Source of the DNA: Histomonas meleagridis 2922-C6/04-290x
Taxonomy: Eukaryota; Protista; Parabasalia
Direction: 5' to 3'
Assembly (NCBI GenBank): GCA_020184695.1
Contig: JAANOX010000276.1
Coordinates: forward strand, 1-64,000
Length of the DNA stretch: 64,000 bases
Position numbers and translations under genes: made by a program. Below the pieces are notes generated by a model, which made no database searches, was not told where the DNA came from, and was given only the letters and a program-made list of their open reading frames with translations. Below, piece after piece: positions 35,201 to 45,056 of the stretch. How positions within the stretch are numbered: position 1 is the stretch's first letter; every line of letters begins with the position of its first letter.

Positions 35201-35747
35201 GAAATACAACTCGACCTGTTGGAATGTTTTTTCTCATTTTTGATAAATCATCTAAAACTTCAATTGTTGGTGAGACGTATTGATAAAACCGGAGTTGATA
35301 ACATAATGTTTGGTAAAAATTTTTATATGTGGAATTAATAAAAGATGGAAAATCTGAGGGTGTCATTATTTTAATGTTTTTCCACGCAAATAATAATGGA
35401 CATTCTGTAAAATAATCTGAGGTGACCTTGATACTTTTAGATGGATATTGTGTAACTGTTATAACACATTCTATTTCTTCAAATGAATCATCAGGATGTG
35501 TGACATTTTCTTTTCGAGTTTGATCTAAATTATAATCATAATCAGTTAATGAATATATAAAATCACCATTGCTTTCTGGAATTTTAAAATCATCTTCTGG
35601 ATATAATTGAGACAATGGAATTACTTGATTATCACTTGAAGGATCAGACATATCTGTTTTAGAAAGTGTATCTGAGCTATCATCAATGATTGAATAACTA
35701 TCTGGAGAACTGATGGATAAATTTAATGTTTTCTTCATTGATGACAT
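32238..35747 (-). CDS. Raptor/KOG1-like TORC1 subunit (RNC domain, HEAT repeats, WD40)
   Basis: GRVVFHYIG, YIFDCNNSG, LPRDFLTSCIFTP, WESIID, SYLVRHQ, DPHPFI and a C-terminal WD40 region ending in AFHPCLP. Confidence 0.85.
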   Translation of the reverse strand: MSSMKKTLNLSISSPDSYSIIDDSSDTLSKTDMSDPSSDNQVIPLSQLYPEDDFKIPESNGDFIYSLTDYDYNLDQTRKENVTHPDDSFEEIECVITVTQYPSKSIKVTSDYFTECPLLFAWKNIKIMTPSDFPSFINSTYKNFYQTLCYQLRFYQYVSPTIEVLDDLSKMRKNIPTGRVVFHYIGFSSLDTDGTNIYASETHSNEVQKYPLKKLFQNIYLPSCYIFDCNNSGSIIPYFKQLSQVRNTTSMPSSSSFFKIPSNEDYYIFCLTSENETLPINPYLPRDFLTSCIFTPVRISIIWYILQYYRITFSNNKQLTNFINSKISNEEINSMTLSFSSIIDAIASDYLSPEIYVKLFQSDKIMTSLSRGFILAKFLLLPYDVHPISYPFIPDLRGSELWKHWESIIDIWVTSIFTPKPSFSNHLFKQAIQSFKTLSPNQVKYSLLSIITKIPFIETHKYDEILILLVKYLKNNEKNNLQIFYTQLFPKLFSKFMICDVNSDVFQAVCYLILFLFSENPNLILLINKELDFDEITEKIFDENIPIKSRINIFSILSCTVPTSRSIRLTCTKIQFLLKIREILKEKDSNLLLWIYIFLKRIFTFSVYELPENEVRKYYLQISKSLIHSSHQIRAISLSTLCTFVLGTENINNIELLLMIIPSSIDMSYLVRHQVLCFLTKFIKTRTNLFVSSLQKSELTNAHNTFSDLLSFWFDKKIDIQMLYNNNFYDFIKLVDNASHRTNKYSYFCNVIYGIIEYLCKDPHPFIRKTAVSIKLLIHYKKQHEIQSQQPSPSSYESYINWMSDPKDEALLNIQADEPIEATISLEDESESVFNSSLHHLLNKNNNSNEEISLKSCSCLPASLPKKTQPKMSAKITLDSRIINLAYSPDSLNLIAATFDNKFYHLDKDFNILYEHQLEHCVSDIHFVNSNTAVICTNDGCVQIWNPSHLFSSIVWRADANFRCEEISQFCGVAQDSNRIVTSRGNSGISLWDINTQKLIGEWSFQSHHIISALFLNSVDQNICFAGYNDGYLIGVDLREPLNTDVTKTMLDSKVVKICGDSYNVYAAAESGRCVSFNMKTKIIAPCGLKRSNLLSFDVHKELGMILFSPKEEPPFLTSLSNTAITNYVPDIDIANFSAFHPCLPIFACGTKSGNLMSYQMITKYEQQK

Positions 35748-35876
35748 AATTATTTATTTACAATTTTTATGGCATTTTATATATAAAATTTGAATACAAC
35801 TTCCGCCATTTTAAACGGTTGTAATCTGTTCAAAAGTATGACATGTGATATGAAACCAACAACAAAAAATATCAAA

Positions 35877-37649
35877 ATGGCTTTACCTTTTACTAGAGAT
35901 GATGTTCATATATTAGTAATTGATGATGATATCATGCAATTAACTGTCGTTTCAAAATCTTTAATATCTCTTGGTTATAAAGCTACTAATGCAAATAATG
36001 GAAAAGAAGCATTAGACATTTTAAATTCTGGTATTCATATCGATTTAATATTAAGCGATGTTATGATGCCTGTTATGGATGGCCCTCAATTTCTTTCTGC
36101 GGCGCGTGCTGATCCACGTTTTACTGAAATCCCAATCATCATGATGTCATCTAATGACCAATATGAAATTGTTTTTAATTGTCTTTCACGAGGTGCTGAT
36201 GATTATATGATTAAACCTTTAACGCCACAAGTTCTTAAAAACATTTATGCAAATGTATGGCTGAAACGTAAGCAACAAGCTATTGCAGCTAAAGTTCAAA
36301 ATCAAATTGTAAGTACTGCAGCTCTTACAAAACAAATTCAACAACTTAAAACTAATTATAATCAATCTTTTCATTCACCAATCCAAGATATTAAGACATC
36401 ATTGGAAAATCTTTTACAAACTAAAACACTAACTCCTGACATACAAGAATCCTTAACTCAAACCATCAATAAGCTTAAAGGGCTTGACTCAAATGCAAAT
36501 ATTCCAATGACTTCTTCACCACAACAACAAATTCCCCAAAAAATGCAAAACTATTTTTCCTCACAATATGGTGTTAAAATGCAACCAAGCAATTCCAGTA
36601 ATAACACGCCAACTGTTACACCAGTATCAATCCCAGCTGTTCGTAAACGTGTAGGCGCACCAATACCAGCACCAGCGCGACCAGTAATAGACATACCACA
36701 ATTATCATCCTTAAATTTAGGCGAATCATTATTCCAACTTCATTTTAACATTTGGAATATCAAAGAGTCACTTTTGATAAACCTCGCAAATGATTTATTG
36801 AATTCCACCGATGTAGTAAAGACATTAAATTCCAAACCTGGTGAAATAGAACATTTCTTAAAGCGAACATTACAAAGTCATAATGCTAATCCATTTAATA
36901 ATTTCCGCCGTAGTTGTGATTGCTTACAATTTGCAGTATATCTCTTACGAAAAATTGGAGATAATTTCACTGAAATTGAGAAAACGGCATTGATATTATC
37001 CACTCTTTTACATGACATTGATCATCCCGGCACAAATAATTTATTCCAAATTAATACATGTTCAAAGATATCAATTATATATAACAACAAGCATCCAATC
37101 GAAAGTAACTCAGCTTCTTTAGGCTCAAAAATCATCCAAGAATGTTTTTCGTTAAATCTTAATGATAATAATTATATTGAAATCCGGAACATTTTCATTA
37201 ATTGTGTTTTAGGTACTAATTATTCGAAGTTACAAAAGTTTTTGATGAAAATTTCTTATAATGACAAAATCGATTTCAATAATAAAAATCATAAAATGTT
37301 AGTTCTAAAGTTAATTGTGTTAATGGCGGACTTAAGTTTCGCGATAAGGAAATGGGACATAACAAATTATTGGTACCAAATGTTAAAAGACGAACAGCTG
37401 CAACAAGGAGATATGGAAAAGAGATTGGGAATGAACGTAGAACCTTTAATGGATAGAAGGAATTCGACAACTAAATATGCGGTGCTGAAAACATATTTTA
37501 ACATTGTCGTGCTGCCAGTGTTCCAAACTGGTATAAGAATATTCCCAGAATTGGAGGAGGAGTTGCTGAAGGCATTGCAAGAAAACTTAAGCATTATAGA
37601 GGAAATAGATGCAATGCAAGAAAAAGATAACGATAACGAAAATAAATAA
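35877..37649 (+). CDS. Response-regulator receiver fused to class I cyclic nucleotide phosphodiesterase (RegA-like architecture)
   Basis: Receiver: ILVIDDD, LILSDVMMPVMDG, IMMSS, KP. PDE: HDIDHPGTNN and MADLS. The best-context ATG is at 35877; alternatives lie slightly upstream. Confidence 0.85.
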   Translation: MALPFTRDDVHILVIDDDIMQLTVVSKSLISLGYKATNANNGKEALDILNSGIHIDLILSDVMMPVMDGPQFLSAARADPRFTEIPIIMMSSNDQYEIVFNCLSRGADDYMIKPLTPQVLKNIYANVWLKRKQQAIAAKVQNQIVSTAALTKQIQQLKTNYNQSFHSPIQDIKTSLENLLQTKTLTPDIQESLTQTINKLKGLDSNANIPMTSSPQQQIPQKMQNYFSSQYGVKMQPSNSSNNTPTVTPVSIPAVRKRVGAPIPAPARPVIDIPQLSSLNLGESLFQLHFNIWNIKESLLINLANDLLNSTDVVKTLNSKPGEIEHFLKRTLQSHNANPFNNFRRSCDCLQFAVYLLRKIGDNFTEIEKTALILSTLLHDIDHPGTNNLFQINTCSKISIIYNNKHPIESNSASLGSKIIQECFSLNLNDNNYIEIRNIFINCVLGTNYSKLQKFLMKISYNDKIDFNNKNHKMLVLKLIVLMADLSFAIRKWDITNYWYQMLKDEQLQQGDMEKRLGMNVEPLMDRRNSTTKYAVLKTYFNIVVLPVFQTGIRIFPELEEELLKALQENLSIIEEIDAMQEKDNDNENK

Positions 37650-38396
37650 AAATATTTTTATGCAAAATTGGAAATATTGTTAAAATGAGGTACATCCATA
37701 GTACTCATTTAGGAAGTTTTGTTTTCACATTAGATAAGCTAAAGAAAGCTGAATATTTGTATTTATTGATAATGATTGAAGATATTTTCTGATATACATT
37801 TCGATGTGACTTTTTTTCTAGGTTTGGATATAACCATATTCTATAAAATCTTAATAGCTTCATTTAATTTATAGTGTTGCATTTAGAGAAAGATGAAAAA
37901 AATGAATAAGATATTCAAGAAGTGATTTAACTATTGCTTGGTGTTTTCATATTTTTTGAATGAGTAGTACGTTCGTAATAAAACATTAGCTATGCAGATT
38001 AAAAACTTGACTATCTAAAACAATCAAATTTAAATTTGAAGCATTTCCAGGTCACCATAATTTAATATGCCAGAAAAATTGAAATTAATATCTATTGCTC
38101 CCTTTAATGTTTTTTTTTTGAAACTTATTTATTTTAGAAGAAAAAATAATAGATGAACTAAACTATGTCATGTTCATTATGTATCCTTGTAATTGAGAAA
38201 TATTTTTTGTATTAATATACAAAAGGTAAATTCAGGATATCAAATTCGATGATACAATTAAAAATGTCACACTATTCGTAAGTCAGCACTTGAAAATCAT
38301 TTTCGCTTAGCATTTTGCAATTTACTTCTTTTAACTGTTATTTTCTAACAAATAAAATCGATTTCACAAATGTTTATGAATTCATTCAAACATTTT

Positions 38397-39920
38397 TCAT
38401 TGTATTTGTTGCTTCGGCTTAATAATTCCCTGTCTTACCAAATCCTGGTACACCTTCAAACTCATTACGTCGCCCGATTCTGTCTCTATTTCCTCATCTC
38501 CTTTTTGCCAAACCTCCTTTGACAATGTCTTCTTAATCTTTTCGAACAGTGCAACTGCCTCAGACACCTTTGTCACATAAACGAAGTGTCTTGTAGGCGG
38601 AATGCCCAAAGCTTTTAAGCCATTGATATGACGCACATCAAAAAAGTGACGCTCAAATGCCAGGGCACCCCAATAACTACGGTTACCGCAAATTTCGCAT
38701 TTGTACTCAACAGACAAGCCATGAAGTTTGTAGAGCCAATATGGAATAGGCTTACCATCCCAACCTAACGGTAATCCTTTCGGATTATAAAAGTGTTGTT
38801 CATCTTCACTATCACTTTCATCAAATACAATTGGAGAATCTAAATCTTGTTCTGCTTCAATGACTGCAGCTGTTAATGTTTCACGTCTACTTGTGTTTTC
38901 GATTGTATTGTTAAGGGTATTACGTACGGTATTAATTAGTTGATATAATGTGTATGCTAATTCTTCATAATGCAATTGTCTTAAATGACGTTCTTCAATG
39001 AGCTTATCAACGCCACCTAATTTCTCTGCGCGTTGAACATTCTTTGAATGACTACGCTGCTTTTGATGTGATTCAAGTAACTCGGGGCTTTCGAACGAAC
39101 GATCGCAATAATGGCAGTAGTTTGGCGGTAACGGTTTCGGGCCACCCCTATATTGAGAGAGGAATCCTTTGTGAATTGATTGCATCGTGGACTCGATGTC
39201 ATAAAATGGATGGGAGCGTTCAATAAAGGAAACGAGATAGTCTATGAAGTTTTGGAGGAATTTCTCTCCTTGTGGGGATTTAGGAATGAATAAAAAATTG
39301 TTGGAATCATTAACCATGTTAAGAAAGTCAAGATATCGCATGTCGGCGCCACTTAAGGTTAAATATTCACGATGAATTTGGGTTAGATCAAGATATTTGC
39401 CATAACATTCTTCGCCACTAAATTTGGAAAGAGCTTCATCATTTTCGGGAACAACAATGTGACGCTTGTGACTGCGGTGACGTTTCTTCTCTTGCTCTTT
39501 TCGTTGGTTTCTCCATTCTTGATATCGATCATTATCATAAAATAAACTGAGATGAATAGTGCCTTTGATATCAAGTACAAGATCATTCATTGATACTTCC
39601 TCAGGAATTGGCGCTTGTGGTTGTATATTGACTTCAGGTTCTATGTCACTGACTTCTTGATGAAATTTAACACGCTTATTAAGCTCTTCATAAAATGACT
39701 CGACTGGATTTTCAACTCGCGGAAATCCCTCATTGACTTTTTCGAGAACTTGCTTGCTCAAATCTTGGATTTCGTGGCATAAACGAGCAACATGATGATT
39801 AATATAGGCTTCTTCTTTAACTGTCTTTGGCTGATTAATTAGAAGCCTTACCGCCCTTTTTCGCTTTTCCTCAATATCTTGGTACATTTGACGTAATTTT
39901 TCAAGAGGTGTTGAAGACAT
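38397..39920 (-). CDS. SF3A3: Splicing factor 3A subunit 3 (Prp9/SF3a60)
   Basis: FSGEECYGKYLDL and YNPKGLPLGWDGKPIPYWLYKLHGLSVEYKCEICGN...AFERHF. Confidence 0.95.
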   Translation of the reverse strand: MSSTPLEKLRQMYQDIEEKRKRAVRLLINQPKTVKEEAYINHHVARLCHEIQDLSKQVLEKVNEGFPRVENPVESFYEELNKRVKFHQEVSDIEPEVNIQPQAPIPEEVSMNDLVLDIKGTIHLSLFYDNDRYQEWRNQRKEQEKKRHRSHKRHIVVPENDEALSKFSGEECYGKYLDLTQIHREYLTLSGADMRYLDFLNMVNDSNNFLFIPKSPQGEKFLQNFIDYLVSFIERSHPFYDIESTMQSIHKGFLSQYRGGPKPLPPNYCHYCDRSFESPELLESHQKQRSHSKNVQRAEKLGGVDKLIEERHLRQLHYEELAYTLYQLINTVRNTLNNTIENTSRRETLTAAVIEAEQDLDSPIVFDESDSEDEQHFYNPKGLPLGWDGKPIPYWLYKLHGLSVEYKCEICGNRSYWGALAFERHFFDVRHINGLKALGIPPTRHFVYVTKVSEAVALFEKIKKTLSKEVWQKGDEEIETESGDVMSLKVYQDLVRQGIIKPKQQIQ

Positions 39921-39930
39921 TGTTTAGGAA

Positions 39931-39947
39931 AATGAAAATAAACGGTC
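39931..39947 (-). promoter_or_regulatory. M3-like motif (GACCGTTT, 39947-39940) followed by an Inr-like TCATT (39935-39931) upstream of SF3A3
   Basis: Matches the Trichomonas M3 and Inr consensus 11-27 nt upstream of the ATG. Confidence 0.55.
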
Positions 39948-40997
39948 GTATATCCTTATCGAGAAAAGTGACATATAAAGGAACAAAAAACCACTTATTT
40001 TGATTTTTGTTCATTATAGAACTAATGTTTCAAAACGCCATTTAAATGTTTTGACAACACTTCACACCCTAAATCTCTATTTTAAACACTTCCAACAGGC
40101 GGCAATCGTGTCATATTGCCATTTTCAATATCGCTTGATAAGAACATGCTCAGATAAATAAACGGTCGAAAATTGTAGGTTGATTTTAAAAAATGAATGT
40201 TTCCACAATGGATATCAAAGTAATGGTAAAATCATAAGGTCACCAATCATTAAGAAACATTAGTGCTGTTAATAATGATTCTTTCATGGTAATAAATCAT
40301 ATGTATCCAAAGATCTTATAGACATTTAATGCTAAAAACATTTAATTTTTTTAAATAAAATTTAGTTTAATAATATATGTTTTTTAATGCATAGATTTGA
40401 TTAATGCTATTGTAATTTTAAAATAAAAATATTTTTTCATCATTGATCATATCTCATTTTGAATTTAATTTTTTGAAGATTTAATATTAATTTATTTTGT
40501 TACTTTGTTTAAGCTATATCATATATTAATTTTGTCGAAAATCTTTATTTTTGAAGTTTCTAAAAAATCAAAAAATGATTTGGAATTTTTTATGGCTAGA
40601 TTCGGCGTATATTCAAAAAGTGCATATTTGAATAGTTTATTACTAAAAGCGAGTATGAAAGTGTGTACAAACTCCCTCACGCGTGGGTGCTGTTTTTCAT
40701 GTAGTTTCACTTTTTCTCAAATTTTTTTAAAAAAACAAGATAATGATTTGGAAAATAAACATATCTAACATACAACATTGCTATGTAGGAAATATTCCAA
40801 GATTCCCTAAAAAGTATGGTCGAAATCAGATCGAATTTGGAAAGATTGAACAGTCTAAATTTCATGATGATGGTGTTTTTGTAATCTCTTACCTATGTCA
40901 TTCTTAACCCAAAATTACTGCTGAAAAAATGCAACAGGATTTTGAATTTGAGGAACTCTTTTTTAATTAATTAATTTCCTAAGTGACCAAATAAAAT

Positions 40998-41005
40998 AAC
41001 CGTTT
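40998..41005 (+). promoter_or_regulatory. M3-like motif AACCGTTT upstream of GRP94
   Basis: Consensus match ending 5 nt before the ATG at 41010. Confidence 0.45.
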
Positions 41006-41009
41006 ATAT

Positions 41010-43340
41010 ATGATTTTTTTCCTTTTTTTAACATGCATCCAATCTGAAGGAAAAAGTAATAATATTGAATATATCGACGAAGGTCTTAGAGGTCGTGTGG
41101 AGCATGTTTTTTCAGAAGAACAACTAAATCAATTACAGAATACATCAGAAGCACATGAATATCAAACAGAAATTACACGTTTGATGAATATCCTTGTTGA
41201 CAATCTTTACCAAAACAAAGACATTTTCTTAAGAGAAATGATTTCAAATGCAAACGATGCATTAGATAAAATACGTTTTTCTGCTCTTCGGAATCAATCA
41301 GTTCTTGATGGCGGACCAAAGGAACTACAGATTCTTATAGATATTGATGAGGAAAGTAAAACTTTATCAATTACTGATACAGGAATCGGTATGACGAAAA
41401 AGGACTTAATTGAAAAATTAGGAACAATTGCAAAGTCTGGAACTAATGATTTCCAAAAACTTCTTCAAAGTGGAGATGCAACATTAATTGGTCAATTCGG
41501 AGTTGGTTTTTATTCAGCATTTCTTGTTGCAGACAAAGTCACTGTTATTACTAAGCACAACAACGAACCCAAACAACTTGTTTGGATTGGCGATGTTTCA
41601 TCACAATATACAATTAGTGAAGATCCACGTGGTAATACTCTTGGCCGTGGCACGCAGATTATTCTTCATCTTAAAGAGAACTCATATAGCTATCTTGATC
41701 GAGATCGATTGATATCAATAATTCGACATTATTCCATGTTTGTCGATTTTCCTGTCAAAATTTGGCACTACCATCAAGTGTATACCGAAGAAGGTGAGAT
41801 TGAAGAAGATGATATTGATGTATCTGAGGGCGACGATATTTTCAAAGGTGACGATGTAACCGAAGAATCAGACTCCACTGAATACGTCACGTTTGAAGAC
41901 GGCCAGAAGGAGAAGAAAGGCATCAAAAAGAACGTTTGGCAGTGGGAGCTCGTTAATAACCGTAAACCGCTATGGCTTCGTGATCCTGACGATGTTCCCG
42001 AGTCGGATTATTCCGATTTTTACCAAGCATATTTCAAAGAGAGTTCTCCGCCTCTCCATCATATTCATTTTAAAGCAGAAGGAGGACGTCTAACGTTTAG
42101 TGCACTTTTATTCATTCCATCAACTGCACCTCCTGCCGATCAATCGATGGAACGTATTACCAAAAATGTTCGCCTTTATGTTCGGCGTGTGTTGGTACAA
42201 GATGAATGGGGTGATGAACTTCTTCCAGATTATTTACATTTTATCAAAGGGATAATTGATAGTTCTGACCTCACATTAAATGTTGATCGAGATCGACTAT
42301 CAAAGATGAATACACTTAAACTTATTAAGAGAAGGGTTACATCAAAGGTTTTATCAACTCTTCGACATTTGTTTCAATTTGAACCAGGAGTATATTATAC
42401 CTTTTATAAGAATTTTGCTGGAAATCTTAAGTATGGAGTTATTGAAGATTCAACAAATAAAAGAGCATTATCAAAATTGCTCATGTTCTATACAAGTTAT
42501 TCACCTAATGATCTAACAACACTTGATGATTATGTCCAACGAATGAAGAAAGGACAAAAGAAAATTTATTATATTGGTTCAAGTACCCGTGAATCAGCAG
42601 CAGTCTCTCCTTATCTTGAAGATTTATACAGTAGAGGCATTGAAGTAATCTTTGCTATTGAGCCCATTGATTTATATTGCTTAGATAGGATGGAAGAATA
42701 CGAAGGCTTCCAGCTCGAAAACCCTGAGCAAGAAAGCAACAAGAAACACGGCCATACAACCGACATGTCAAACTTTAACATCACTCAAAAAGACTTTCAA
42801 ACGATTTCGAGGTGGTTCAAAAAGACGATAGGAAACCGTTTAGAAAAAGTGGCAATATCAACACGATTAAAGTCTACACCTGCTATAGCTACTTGTACTA
42901 ATTGGGGTTATACGGCAAGCCATGAAAGATTAATTAGGGCTCAGACAGTACATGACCACAAGTTAACAGATAGTATTTCAATGAATCGAAAAATATTGGA
43001 ATTAAATCCAGAACATCCAACAGTTTTGGAGATGTTTGAACGAATAAAGAAGAACCCGGATGATAAGGACTTAAAAGAAGATGCTTTGTTGTTGTTCGAT
43101 ACTGCATTAATCGCTGGCGGATTTACTGTAGACGGAATCATGAATTATACCAAAAAGGTCTTTAGGATGTTGGGGAAGTCGCATGGATTGTTGGACGAGA
43201 TTGATGAGTTTGAAACTAAAAATGCAGTATATTATACGACCATGGACGATGAGATTAAAGCCGGGAAAGAGTTTGAAACTAAAAACGAGAACAAGAAAGC
43301 GGATAAAGGAAAAGATAAGCCGAACTCTATGGAACTGTAA
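41010..43340 (+). CDS. HSP90B1: ER Hsp90 (endoplasmin/GRP94)
   Basis: Signal peptide MIFFLFLTCIQS, FLREMISNANDALDK, DTGIGM, IGQFGVGFYSAF, LELNPEHP, and a KDEL-like C-terminus (SMEL). Confidence 0.93.
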   Translation: MIFFLFLTCIQSEGKSNNIEYIDEGLRGRVEHVFSEEQLNQLQNTSEAHEYQTEITRLMNILVDNLYQNKDIFLREMISNANDALDKIRFSALRNQSVLDGGPKELQILIDIDEESKTLSITDTGIGMTKKDLIEKLGTIAKSGTNDFQKLLQSGDATLIGQFGVGFYSAFLVADKVTVITKHNNEPKQLVWIGDVSSQYTISEDPRGNTLGRGTQIILHLKENSYSYLDRDRLISIIRHYSMFVDFPVKIWHYHQVYTEEGEIEEDDIDVSEGDDIFKGDDVTEESDSTEYVTFEDGQKEKKGIKKNVWQWELVNNRKPLWLRDPDDVPESDYSDFYQAYFKESSPPLHHIHFKAEGGRLTFSALLFIPSTAPPADQSMERITKNVRLYVRRVLVQDEWGDELLPDYLHFIKGIIDSSDLTLNVDRDRLSKMNTLKLIKRRVTSKVLSTLRHLFQFEPGVYYTFYKNFAGNLKYGVIEDSTNKRALSKLLMFYTSYSPNDLTTLDDYVQRMKKGQKKIYYIGSSTRESAAVSPYLEDLYSRGIEVIFAIEPIDLYCLDRMEEYEGFQLENPEQESNKKHGHTTDMSNFNITQKDFQTISRWFKKTIGNRLEKVAISTRLKSTPAIATCTNWGYTASHERLIRAQTVHDHKLTDSISMNRKILELNPEHPTVLEMFERIKKNPDDKDLKEDALLLFDTALIAGGFTVDGIMNYTKKVFRMLGKSHGLLDEIDEFETKNAVYYTTMDDEIKAGKEFETKNENKKADKGKDKPNSMEL

Positions 43341-43847
43341 GAATTATAAACAGATAATTATTTTTTCGAAATCAATTATTTCAACATATGCAAACACAGC
43401 TTTGTTTGTCTTAATATTTATAGTTTTTGCTTTCTTTTGTAAAAGTTATTTTAATCATAAAAATGTTAATCATCCGTATTGGAAAAGAAAACTTGATGAC
43501 ACCAAAGTAAATGTTCTTGTAACATAAAAAAAAATAATATTTTTGCGAATTAATATAGAGGAAATAATATAATTTTCATTGAAAACAGAATGATTTAACT
43601 CGATTTGTTATAAAAAAAAATCATATCACTAAAATAAAATTAAAATATTATTTTATCTATATCATATTTTTTTTTAATAAATTCGATAAATAAATAATTT
43701 TCCAGATCATAGATAATATAAATATATAAAAAAAACAATATTATAACACTTTTTTATTTCAGACTTTGAGATTCAGGGAATTGATGTTGATTATAAATTA
43801 ATGTTTATCTCATTATAAATAGGATGTATCAAGATATGACCAAATTA

Positions 43848-43851
<4 letters not shown>

Positions 43852-43918
<67 letters not shown>
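43852..43918. repeat. (TA)n microsatellite, about 33 units
   Basis: Directly visible. Confidence 0.97.
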
Positions 43919-43922
<4 letters not shown>

Positions 43923-44047
43923 TTACTTTATAAAAATATTAATATTTTTATATCAACTATTACCAGTCTGGAGATCATATATTGAAAAAGAAAACAAAGA
44001 TAATAAAAAATGCCGAAAATAAAAGTGTCAAATATATTGAAAACCAG

Positions 44048-45056
44048 ATGCTTCCTCAACACCAAAAAGAATTTGTATCATTTATTAAATGGCAAATCGG
44101 ACAAAAAATATTTGATATTAATGGTAAATACGTTTTTCATGAATATTGAATGTTTAATAATTTTTTTTGGAATTAATATAAAATTAATGAAACAGCACTT
44201 CATTGGGCAACACGCCAAGGTCATTCTGAAGTTACAAAAGTTCTTCTTGAACAAGAAGGAATTGATATTAATGCTAAAGATATTTATTTGTTTTATTTAG
44301 AATTTATTTTAATAATTTTATATTTCAAAATAATATTTGAAAATTATTTAAATTATTTTGGACAGCACTTATGTTTGCATCTAGAAATGGTCATACAGAA
44401 ATCGTTAAATTACTTCTAGAACAAAAAGGAATTGATATTAATGCTAAAGATATTTATTTGTTTTATTTATAATTTATTATAATAATTTAATATTTCAAAA
44501 TAATATTTGGAAATTATATAAATTATTTTACACAGCACTTATTAAAGCATCTTGGTTTGGTCATGCAGAAACAGTTAAATTACTTCTAGAACAAAAAGGA
44601 ATTGATATTAATGCTAAAGATATTTATTTGTTTTATATAAAATTTATTTCAATAATTTTAAATTTCAAAATAATATTCGAAAATTATTTAAATTATTTTG
44701 GACAGCACTTATGTTTGCATCTAGAAATGGTCATACAGAAATCGTTCAATTACTTCTAGAACAAAAAGGAATTGATATTAATGCTAAAGATATTTATTTG
44801 TTTTATATAAAATTTATTTTAATAATTTTATATTTCAAAATAATATTTGGAAATTATTTAAATTATTTAAAACAGCACTTATTAGAGCATCTGAAAATGG
44901 TCATACAGAAATAGATAAATTACTTCTTGAACAAGAGAATATTGATATCGATACTAAAAATATTAATTTGTTTTGTTTCAAGTATTTTCAAATAATATGA
45001 TATTTCATATAAACATTTGGAATTACTTTCAAAATATATTGAAAGTGATAATATAA
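44048..45056 (+). CDS. Short ankyrin repeat gene (array 2): 5 modules and 6 non-canonical spacers; may be 5'-truncated
   Basis: ATG at 44048 leads to ...GQKIFDINGKY. Modules start at 44192, 44362, 44532, 44702 and 44872; spacers start at 44132 (60 nt), 44282, 44452, 44622, 44792 and 44962. After the last spacer a short tail (LKVII-stop) follows. Reconstruction. Confidence 0.6.

Noticed and set aside
38397-39920. SF3A3/Prp9 lying near the arrays as a mechanistic partner
   Set aside because: Eukaryotic gene neighbourhood rarely implies function, it is several kb away, and nothing in the sequence links it to the spacers.
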